A stretch of 64,000 nucleotides of DNA from Spirochaetia bacterium (lineage in GTDB: Bacteria; Spirochaetota; Spirochaetia; WTKD01; G963693115), in NCBI GenBank assembly GCA_965226055.1, contig CBDDCA010000006.1, forward strand, positions 258,251 to 322,250, given 5' to 3'. Every line of letters starts with the position of its first letter. Positions within the stretch are counted from its first letter, which is position 1. Under the pieces are notes generated by a model, which saw nothing but the letters and a program-made list of their open reading frames with translations, was not told where the DNA came from and did not search any database. The position numbers were made by a program, and so were the translations under genes. Below are positions 56,191 through 64,000 of the stretch, in pieces.

Positions 56191-59100
56191 GTGCTAGCAA
56201 TGACTACCCTCGTACTTGTAGGATGTGCAGAGAGTAGCAACAATTCCTCATCAGGCGGAGGGGGAAAACAGGTAACCCCGACACTCGCATCAGTGTCCAA
56301 TGTGCAGATACAAGCAGCAAGCAACGATGGGACGCTCTCGTTACGCTGGCAAGCTCCCAGCGAAGCCACGCATGTAGTAGTAAAAGCTACATCAACTGCG
56401 CCAGCACAATCTATACAGGTGCGTGTTCCTGCAATAGAATATCGTGCATTGTTTCAACAAAACAGACCCTACACCCTCAGAGGCTTGCATGCCACTACCG
56501 ATTATACAGTAGAGATAGAAGCACAAAAATCAGACTCAGAAGTATCACCAAAAACAACACGCTCTGTGACAACACTGATCGATGAAACTGCACCACAGGA
56601 CACTTTTACACGGGTAGCAGTAGAGAAAGCACAAAACGATAGTATAAAGCTAACATGGGACAAAGCACTGCTATCGTCAGGCAAGACAGACATAGCCGAA
56701 GCCACAATACAGGTGATAGAAAGAACTACTAATGTAAGGGCAGAAGTATCAGTACAAGATGTAACACAAGGAGAGGTGAGCATTGCTGTCCCCACTATAG
56801 ACGGCATAAGCTATGATATAGTAGTAGTATACAAAGATAGCAACGGTAACGAAAGCACAGCAAAGCAAGCACTCAGAGGCATAGTGCCATCAGCACTCTC
56901 ACAAACAGTAACGCCACTTTCCGCATCAGACCTTACAGTAACAGCAAACGATAAAAGCAATAGCCCAGCCGATGAAAGCCTGCTTATTATGTGGGATGAT
57001 AAAGATGACAGCTTTGACTTTTCAAACAAAAGCCTCCAAGTACGCGTTATAGCAACCGCAACAAATACAGTAGTAGCAGAGGAGACAATAGACAAAGATA
57101 CAAGTGCAACAAATGTCAGCGGAGCAAGTGCAGACAACCAAGAGTACGCCACTGTGTATGTAGCAAAAGATGGCATAGCACTCACAAAACTCTATGGCAC
57201 GCTTACCTACAAAGTAGAAGTGTATGTTTCTCAAAACGGAAAGTACTCCACTGCAGTGTCAAAAGAACAAGCAACAACAGACAAAAGCACAGAGCCTGTA
57301 AGCAATGTAAGTGCCGTAGGAGGAGCAACAAGCATAGTAGTAGGCTGGCAAGCCCCCGATGTACGAGATTATGCAGGAGTGACTATAACAGTAACAGAAA
57401 AGGACAGCACAACAGCAGCAAAGACAGTGACAATAACAGAGAGAACAGTACGCAACACACAGATAACAGACCTCAAAGCAACCACCGAGTATACAGTGGC
57501 AGTCGTATCAATGGACAGTGCAGGCAACAAAGGAACAGAAGCAACAGCCACAGTCAGCACATCAGCAGATAGCACCGCCCCCGATGCAGTAACAAGCATA
57601 CAAGCAAGCTATCCTTTTGTATCAGCAGCAAAGATAGGCACACAGATAACATGGACAGCACCCGATGCAGCAAAAGCAAAGAACAAAGACATAAAAGAAT
57701 ACAGCGTAAGCATAGCAGAAAAAGGCACAAGCACCACAGTACTGAGCGAGAAGAAAATACCCTATCCCACAAAGTCACTCTCTGTAGAAGAACTTGTGCA
57801 AGGCAAAACATATACCATAACAATACTCACGCTTGATTACTCAGAAAACAAAAGTAGCCAAGCCACAAAAGACATAACAACCCCCAACTCACTCACAGCT
57901 CCCTCAGAAGATCTCTTTCAAAGCAAGCCTACCCTTGACAAAACAGGAGCTATACAGATAAAAGCAACTTTTAAGAATGCTCCAAGCATAGGACGATACT
58001 ACACCTTGCGTATGAAAGAGGGAGCTACCTTAATAGCAGAAAAAAGCATAACAAACACAGCAATCACCATTAGCTTTGGGATAGCAGATGGCTTAGAAGT
58101 ACCTAAGAGCCAAGCAAATGCCAAGAATTATCGCTTTGATTTTCTGCAAATAGCAAATAACAGAGTAAGTCCAGTAACCGCACTGAGTGATGCAGTAGCA
58201 GTATACGATAGCACCTCGACAGCACCGCCCGCTCCCAAAGATGCAAAGCTCTCCGTAGAGTCAGTAACCCAAACAACTGCAAAAGCAGTCTATACATTTA
58301 GTGCAGGAGACATTACTGATACCAACAAAGCACCCAGCGGAAGCAAACTCACACAGGCACAAATACAATACAAAGTATACATAGCAGCAGGAGACCACAG
58401 CACAAAAACACTAGACGAAATAAAAGCCCTTGCAGGAGTACAAACAAGAGAGCTAGCAGGAAACAGCACTCCATTAAAAGCAACATTTATAGGAACGAAA
58501 GGAGCAGACTATACCGCAGGGGTAGAAGCAATAAACAGCCTCAATCCATCATATAGTACAGGAGCATCAGTAACAATAAAGAAAGCAACACTTACTGCTC
58601 CCCCAAGCACACCAAAAGTAACAACCTACACTAACAGTAATGCAGTGGTATTTGCAGTGCCTACCACAGGAAGTAACAGCGGGAAAAAAGTCATAACAGT
58701 ACAACTCAATGCCTCAGACATAGCAGGAGTGAGCAAGGCAAATGGCAATGCCCTTGAAGCGACAGACCTTGCCTACTATGTGCTATACCTCAAGAAAGAA
58801 GATAGCACAGGAAAGCCTGCCAGCGTATCAGCACTATGGGCAACAGAAAAGAGCAGTACAAGAGTGGCAAAATACACAAAAGCAACAGGAACAACTCAAG
58901 ACACAATATCCATAGCAATAGTAGACAGCACCAGTGGAAGCAATGCAGGAGCCACACCCATAGAAACAGCAAAAGACTACTACATAGGAGTAAGGATAGT
59001 CAACACAACATCCCCCAATTACGATGCAACAAATAGCGACAAGCTCTTTCCTGCAGGCTTTTACACCGATGTAACAGAAATAAAGGAAATCTATACTTCC

Positions 59101-60906
59101 AAAGCAGTAGCACCCAGCCAGTCATTACTCACAGGAAAGCTGGTAGTATCACAGTCAACAAATACTACAGGCACAATAAAGCTGGTACTTACCGAGCTAA
59201 ATACATTTACAGGAGCAAAAGACTACGATGGCACAAACATAACAGCAAATGACAAGCTAGTATACACAGTGTATGGCTTACAGAAAGACACCACTCCTAC
59301 AGTAGCAGAAGTACTTGCAGGCAGAAAAGTAAACCTAGGCAGTGCAAGTAGCGGAGTGTACACAGTACCAGCTCTTGCCAGTTTAGGCTTATCTTCAGAC
59401 ACAGCACCAGTAGTAGCAATAAAAGGAGCGACAAAGTATTACTTTGTGGTAGAGGTAGCAATAAAAACAGACCCTAGCAAGAAAGTAGCATCCTCAACAG
59501 TAGCAAGCGTAACAACCGCATCGCAGGCGACCGCCCCCGCAGAAGTAAGCAGTATACAGACAAGAGTAGCCCAGACAGGCATGAGAGTATCGTGGACAGC
59601 CCCCAGCCTCAGTGCAAGCCACAAAGCAAATACAGGCGATGCCCTAACAGTAGCACAAGTATCGTACAAGGTATACAAAGTAGCTAAGGGAGGCAGTGCA
59701 AAAAGTGTAGCAGCAATAAAACAAGCAGACTCAAGTCCTACAACAGTAGCAGCAGGAACAACAAACACTACCCTGACAGGATTGACAAACGGAACGACCT
59801 ACGAAATAGTAGTGCAAGCAGTAAACAGCACCGATGATACAAAAGCATCCACTGGACTACGCCACGAGTTTGAAGCAAGAGGAATAGCTATAGGAAACAC
59901 TAGCATAGTCTCAGCAGAAGTAGGCAAAACGCCAGCAATAAATATTACAAGAGTACTTACCAGTAACTCTGCCTTTACCTGTGATGCAAACATACTAGAG
60001 GCAGATGCAAAGAAGATAAAACAAGAAACAGGGCTAGCAGTATCGTTTGATCAGAGTAGCAAAACAGTTACTATAACAGGCATAGCAAATAAGTCTAATA
60101 TACGAGATACAGCCATTACTGAGTATAACTATGCTGTAGCACAGTGTACAATAACCGCTTCAAAGAAAAAAGTGCCAGCCACCATCGTGATACAGACAGA
60201 GCTAAGAACAGCACCATCAGGAAAAGCAGAAGCCTATTACAGACCAACAACAAAGGCACAGCTTCAAACTATTATCAGTGAAGAAAAGACAAGGCAAGGT
60301 TCAGGAGGAAACAGTAACCCTAGCCCCAACCTCAACATGATAGACACCAGTGCTATTACTGATATGAGCCAATTATTTCAGAATGATACTACTTTTAATG
60401 GAGATCTAACACAGTGGAATACCAGTAATGTAACGAGAATGAATGGTATGTTTACTGATGCAAGTGTTTTTAATCAAAATATAGGAGATTGGGATACAGG
60501 AGAAGTTATACATATAGGTAGTATGTTTTTTAGAGCAAGTGTTTTTAATCAAAATATAGGAAGCTGGAATATAAGTAAAGTTAAAAATATTGATAGTATG
60601 TTTGCTAGTGCCAGTGCTTTTAATCAAGACATAGGAAATTGGGACACAAGCAATGTTATTAATATGAGTACTACATTTTTGAGTGCAAGTGCCTTTAATC
60701 AAGACATAGGAAACTGGAATGTAAAGAATGTCGATTCTATAACTGGTATGTTTAACGGAGCTTCTACATTTGATCAAGATTTATCATCATGGATATTGTG
60801 TAAAGCAAGTCTCACTTTTTTGGAGTTCGAAAATTCGGCTATGGATGGAAAAACAGCAAAGTACCCGACAGTAAAGCGTCAAAGTGATCCAGCATGTACA
60901 TCGTAA
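56191..60906 (+). CDS. Large chimeric surface lipoprotein (1571 aa): Ig/FN3-like domains plus a C-terminal DUF285 repeat module
   Basis: Lipobox (..LVLVGC). Several 'S(L/I)..W.AP' FN3-like domains. One FN3 unit (about 59520-59880) is homologous to the 1791-4043 repeats. The C-terminal 'NLNMIDTSAITDMSQLF..FNQNIGDWDT..' carries six DUF285 repeats. The frame is open from 56113, but the strong start at 56099 is out of frame. Confidence 0.75.
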   Translation: MLAMTTLVLVGCAESSNNSSSGGGGKQVTPTLASVSNVQIQAASNDGTLSLRWQAPSEATHVVVKATSTAPAQSIQVRVPAIEYRALFQQNRPYTLRGLHATTDYTVEIEAQKSDSEVSPKTTRSVTTLIDETAPQDTFTRVAVEKAQNDSIKLTWDKALLSSGKTDIAEATIQVIERTTNVRAEVSVQDVTQGEVSIAVPTIDGISYDIVVVYKDSNGNESTAKQALRGIVPSALSQTVTPLSASDLTVTANDKSNSPADESLLIMWDDKDDSFDFSNKSLQVRVIATATNTVVAEETIDKDTSATNVSGASADNQEYATVYVAKDGIALTKLYGTLTYKVEVYVSQNGKYSTAVSKEQATTDKSTEPVSNVSAVGGATSIVVGWQAPDVRDYAGVTITVTEKDSTTAAKTVTITERTVRNTQITDLKATTEYTVAVVSMDSAGNKGTEATATVSTSADSTAPDAVTSIQASYPFVSAAKIGTQITWTAPDAAKAKNKDIKEYSVSIAEKGTSTTVLSEKKIPYPTKSLSVEELVQGKTYTITILTLDYSENKSSQATKDITTPNSLTAPSEDLFQSKPTLDKTGAIQIKATFKNAPSIGRYYTLRMKEGATLIAEKSITNTAITISFGIADGLEVPKSQANAKNYRFDFLQIANNRVSPVTALSDAVAVYDSTSTAPPAPKDAKLSVESVTQTTAKAVYTFSAGDITDTNKAPSGSKLTQAQIQYKVYIAAGDHSTKTLDEIKALAGVQTRELAGNSTPLKATFIGTKGADYTAGVEAINSLNPSYSTGASVTIKKATLTAPPSTPKVTTYTNSNAVVFAVPTTGSNSGKKVITVQLNASDIAGVSKANGNALEATDLAYYVLYLKKEDSTGKPASVSALWATEKSSTRVAKYTKATGTTQDTISIAIVDSTSGSNAGATPIETAKDYYIGVRIVNTTSPNYDATNSDKLFPAGFYTDVTEIKEIYTSKAVAPSQSLLTGKLVVSQSTNTTGTIKLVLTELNTFTGAKDYDGTNITANDKLVYTVYGLQKDTTPTVAEVLAGRKVNLGSASSGVYTVPALASLGLSSDTAPVVAIKGATKYYFVVEVAIKTDPSKKVASSTVASVTTASQATAPAEVSSIQTRVAQTGMRVSWTAPSLSASHKANTGDALTVAQVSYKVYKVAKGGSAKSVAAIKQADSSPTTVAAGTTNTTLTGLTNGTTYEIVVQAVNSTDDTKASTGLRHEFEARGIAIGNTSIVSAEVGKTPAINITRVLTSNSAFTCDANILEADAKKIKQETGLAVSFDQSSKTVTITGIANKSNIRDTAITEYNYAVAQCTITASKKKVPATIVIQTELRTAPSGKAEAYYRPTTKAQLQTIISEEKTRQGSGGNSNPSPNLNMIDTSAITDMSQLFQNDTTFNGDLTQWNTSNVTRMNGMFTDASVFNQNIGDWDTGEVIHIGSMFFRASVFNQNIGSWNISKVKNIDSMFASASAFNQDIGNWDTSNVINMSTTFLSASAFNQDIGNWNVKNVDSITGMFNGASTFDQDLSSWILCKASLTFLEFENSAMDGKTAKYPTVKRQSDPACTS

Positions 60907-60927
60907 CATAGAGAGAGATACATACTT

Positions 60928-60960
60928 ATGGCAAGAAAGGAAATACTCTTTTCTTGCCAT
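60928..60960 (+). terminator. Hairpin downstream of the lipoprotein stop (11-bp perfect stem, 10-nt loop). A weak terminator candidate with no U-tract
   Basis: 'atggcaagaaa-ggaaatactc-tttcttgccat'. Confidence 0.3.
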
Positions 60961-61084
60961 AAGAGTATAAAATTCATAAAAACAAGCATCATCAATTTCT
61001 CCATACATGAAATTATAGACAATAATAAGGAATTATATGGTATACTAAAAAATATACACTGCAATTAGTTTATACCTATTATTT

Positions 61085-61657
61085 ATGCAACAGAAAGCAT
61101 CTGCCACAGACACACAAGAACTACAGGACATTATCTCAGCATTAGATAACGAACAATATAGAAATAGCTTTGGTCGTATAGTACGTAATCTTGAAGACAT
61201 TAAAACATACACAAAAAAACTATATCTCAAAAATATGCTACAGATAGCACTTTCACAAAACTATACATGCATAGATGAAGAAACATTTGCTCTTGCAGAA
61301 ACACAAGAACACGATACACTGTCTTTAGCAATACGTTCTGGATCAGAATGTGGTGGCGTATACTATGCCCTGTTTCTAAAAAGCAAAAACTATACTCTCC
61401 CTGCATATCTTACACTAAAATCTTTCTGTGATACGACTATTCCTCGTATTATTGGCTGTCATAGTCCCGAACAAATACCTTTCTTTTGGAATTACTTTAA
61501 TCCCGCCATTAACTTTCTGTTCTTCTCCGATAACAACACTCTCTCCCTTCTTCATACACAATCACGACAAAAAATAGTTACGCAGCACTGGAAACAGTTA
61601 CATCAGTTCTTACACACTATTACCGATGAAGTAAAGAAACATTTCACTCTATTGTAA
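61085..61657 (+). CDS. Hypothetical protein (190 aa)
   Basis: A long ORF with no recognisable motif. Confidence 0.4.
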   Translation: MQQKASATDTQELQDIISALDNEQYRNSFGRIVRNLEDIKTYTKKLYLKNMLQIALSQNYTCIDEETFALAETQEHDTLSLAIRSGSECGGVYYALFLKSKNYTLPAYLTLKSFCDTTIPRIIGCHSPEQIPFFWNYFNPAINFLFFSDNNTLSLLHTQSRQKIVTQHWKQLHQFLHTITDEVKKHFTLL

Positions 61658-61690
61658 GATTGTAAGCATAGCCTCTTATTATTCCTCATA

Positions 61691-62458
61691 TTAGTTATTA
61701 TTAAACTCACGAAAAGAATCTATTTCTTTTTGAGTATATAATTCAGACAGAGGAGATATTTCTTCAATTTCAATAAAAGGGACTTTATATTGTAATTGCT
61801 CACGCCATACTCTCATATCCTTTACTGTTTCAAAATCTATGGTACGAACAATCTTCATATGCTTTTTTTTATTTTGCTGTTCAAACTCCACCACTGCAAA
61901 TTTTCCGCCCCCTATATACTGTATTTCTTGTCCTTCCTGTATGTCTTCACAGGCTTGTACATATGCTATTGCCTCATCAAAACTCACATACTCATCGCTT
62001 GCTCCCTTGTTAAAGGCAGTCAATACTTCAGATATGGGCTTACCACTATCACTAGACACTAGCTGTAAAGAAGTATCAGGAGACACAACATGAGGCACAG
62101 CTCCCTTAGGATAACTACGCGACTGAGGCACAGAAACAGGATTATCTTTTTGATACATTGTTTCGCTTGATATATGAGTAGCTTTTATCTTTGTCATACG
62201 TAACCCTGTTTGTACACCAGCAAGAACAATAGTAGTTTCCTTATTATGAGATTGATTGCCGTGTGTACTTTTTGAATCTATCTTTTTATCTCCCTTTTTT
62301 GCTTTTTTTGTCAGCGACTGAGAAGACTGTTTGTTATATGCCGTAGCATTACTATGCTGTTGCTTTGTATCATCATGTTTAGCAACATGCTTGCCTACAC
62401 TTTTTTGGGTATTCTTCTTTTTTCCAAAAAAGCTATTGCGTATATGCTTTTTTTCCAT
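61691..62458 (-). CDS. Hypothetical basic protein (255 aa) with a low-complexity, lysine-rich N-terminus
   Basis: An ORF of good coding quality. The conserved-looking C-terminal half (..IQYIGGGKFAVVEFEQQ..) belongs to no family I can name. Confidence 0.45.
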   Translation of the reverse strand: MEKKHIRNSFFGKKKNTQKSVGKHVAKHDDTKQQHSNATAYNKQSSQSLTKKAKKGDKKIDSKSTHGNQSHNKETTIVLAGVQTGLRMTKIKATHISSETMYQKDNPVSVPQSRSYPKGAVPHVVSPDTSLQLVSSDSGKPISEVLTAFNKGASDEYVSFDEAIAYVQACEDIQEGQEIQYIGGGKFAVVEFEQQNKKKHMKIVRTIDFETVKDMRVWREQLQYKVPFIEIEEISPLSELYTQKEIDSFREFNNN

Positions 62459-62483
62459 GTATATAGTATAATTAAAATATACA

Positions 62484-64000
62484 ATGAGTACAACTCTATT
62501 TTTAGTTGATGGACATGGGCTTATTTTTCGTTCCTATTATGCTCATATTAAAAATCCATTACGAAATTCACAGGGACATAACACTTCAGCTATTTATGGT
62601 TTTTTTCAAAGCATAAAAAAAATCTTTACTGACTATGCTCCTTCAGATATCGTAATTGCATTGGATTCACATGAGGCAGAACTTGAACGTAAAAAAGTAT
62701 ATCCAAACTACAAAGCAAATCGACAAAAAACTCCCGAAGATCTTAAAACACAAATCGCTATTATCATAGACATCATTAAAGCTATGGAAATTCCTCATTT
62801 AAGCGTACTTGGACATGAAGCCGATGATATTATAGCTACCTTATCAAGAAAAAAGAGCAAAGACAACATAGCAAGTACCATAGTAAGCTCTGATAAAGAT
62901 CTCTTTCAATTACTTGGAGATAATGTTTCTATATTACGTCCTACAAGTAAAAGCAGCGATTGGATACCGATAACTCCAGCATGGATTCAAGAAAACTATA
63001 ATATTGAATATTCCCAAATTCATGACTATCTTGCTATTATTGGAGATAGTAGCGACAATATTCCGGGTGTTGCAGGATTAGGACCAAAAACAGCAGCAGC
63101 ATTATTACAAAATTACAAAAATCTCGATGAAATATTTGCTAACATTAGCAACTTAAAAGAAAGCTGGCGAAAAAAACTCGTGGATGCCAAAGAAATAGCA
63201 CAATTAAGCTATGCACTTATTGCCTTACACTATGATGTTCCTATCCCTGACAATTTTACTACCGCATATCCCGAATTATTATGGCATAAAGCTCATAGTA
63301 TTTTTGAAAATAATGATATATCCAGTTTTCCCACAAAAAACCCACACGGTAGCACTTCCACACAAAACACCACTACTGCTTCGCCTAACGATACCGAAAC
63401 ACATAGTTCCACAGCATCATGTTCCGTTAGCATTATTGAAAAAACTGAACAATTACAAGCAATAGTAAACACTGCGTTAGACAAAAACATCATAAGCATA
63501 TATCCTGTGTATACAGGACATACCCCACATACTACCCTTACTGGACTTGCTCTTGCTTGTAGTGAACATCAAGCCTACTATCTTCCTTTCTCTTCATCAA
63601 CAGGAGATAACGATACCAAGAAAGAGGAGCATGTTTCATATAACACATTGATGGAAGATAGCACATCAAGAAAAACATGTATAGACCTATTACAATCGTT
63701 ATTCAAAAGTAAGAAATGCGTACTTCTATTTCATGATGCAAAGCAAGCACTCAATATACTGTACAGAGAAGGCTTTGAAAAAGCACATAATTACTTTCAT
63801 CCAAAAAAGCACAGTTTTGCTATAGTAGATTGCATCATTGCAGCATGGCTTATTTCACCCGAAAATAATCAGTACGATATAGCATCATTATGTAACAAAT
63901 ACCTCCCTCAGCATCCTCTTACGAACTCTATACATACACTGTCTTTTCTGACAGACAATACAGACGCTTCATCACTCGTACATAGTGCTGGCATTCATAG
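62484..64000 (+). CDS. polA: DNA polymerase I (5' partial; 5'-3' exonuclease domain plus the start of the 3'-5' exonuclease region), running off the window end
   Basis: 'LFLVDGHGLIFRSYYA', '..DSHEAELERKKVYPNYKANR', 'GEHEADDIIATL' and 'IPGVAGLGPKTAAALL' are the 5'-nuclease/H3TH motifs of Pol I. This ORF is absent from the ORF track because it is edge-truncated. Confidence 0.85.
   Translation, partial: MSTTLFLVDGHGLIFRSYYAHIKNPLRNSQGHNTSAIYGFFQSIKKIFTDYAPSDIVIALDSHEAELERKKVYPNYKANRQKTPEDLKTQIAIIIDIIKAMEIPHLSVLGHEADDIIATLSRKKSKDNIASTIVSSDKDLFQLLGDNVSILRPTSKSSDWIPITPAWIQENYNIEYSQIHDYLAIIGDSSDNIPGVAGLGPKTAAALLQNYKNLDEIFANISNLKESWRKKLVDAKEIAQLSYALIALHYDVPIPDNFTTAYPELLWHKAHSIFENNDISSFPTKNPHGSTSTQNTTTASPNDTETHSSTASCSVSIIEKTEQLQAIVNTALDKNIISIYPVYTGHTPHTTLTGLALACSEHQAYYLPFSSSTGDNDTKKEEHVSYNTLMEDSTSRKTCIDLLQSLFKSKKCVLLFHDAKQALNILYREGFEKAHNYFHPKKHSFAIVDCIIAAWLISPENNQYDIASLCNKYLPQHPLTNSIHTLSFLTDNTDASSLVHSAGIH

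Noticed and set aside
60406-60777. 123-aa minus-strand ORF near the 3' end of the lipoprotein gene
   Set aside because: It is antisense to the DUF285 repeat block of the 1571-aa gene, the same artefact class as those opposite the giant gene.

Overview
The window is low-GC bacterial DNA. Its housekeeping genes (FabV/Ter-type enoyl reductase, GH4 glycosidase, pst-phoU, secB, pgi, rnz, thrS, polA) suggest a Treponema-like spirochete, but that taxonomic call is tentative. Conserved blocks are a CUT2 sugar ABC operon, a CUT1 sugar ABC operon with a GH4 glycosidase, pstSCAB-phoU with a two-component pair, a fused E1 alpha/beta 2-oxoacid dehydrogenase with an atypical E2-like partner, and a GldAFG-type ABC transporter.

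Between these blocks the window is accessory-rich:
- **Repeat-built surface lipoproteins.** A 750-aa lipoprotein has six near-identical ~360-bp FN3 repeats. A 2822-aa lipoprotein has about ten modules of DUF285 repeats plus He_PIG Ig-like domains, and a 330-aa paralog sits next to it. A 1571-aa chimeric lipoprotein carries both module types. A Bdr-like coiled-coil protein is built on 33-bp tandem repeats.
- **Poly-G/C contingency loci (the most novel signal).** G15 lies in the 5' coding region of the 1571-aa lipoprotein and leaves it out of frame with a strong upstream start. C13 and C14 lie near the 3' ends of two tandemly duplicated HtrL/YibB-like glycosyltransferase genes, next to a GT11 alpha-1,2-fucosyltransferase.
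- **Mobile DNA.** An intact IS30-family element is present. Four solo copies of its left end all point the same way at the borders of accessory genes. A degraded IS1595/ISXO2 transposase is present, and duplicated IS1595 ends bracket the FN3 lipoprotein gene.
- **DNA-modification and defence candidates.** A compact Type II restriction-modification pair (beta-class methyltransferase plus PD-(D/E)xK nuclease) sits beside a duplicated small-ORF cassette. A sharply AT-rich islet encodes a ParB/DUF262-like nuclease-domain protein overlapping a Dam-family methyltransferase.
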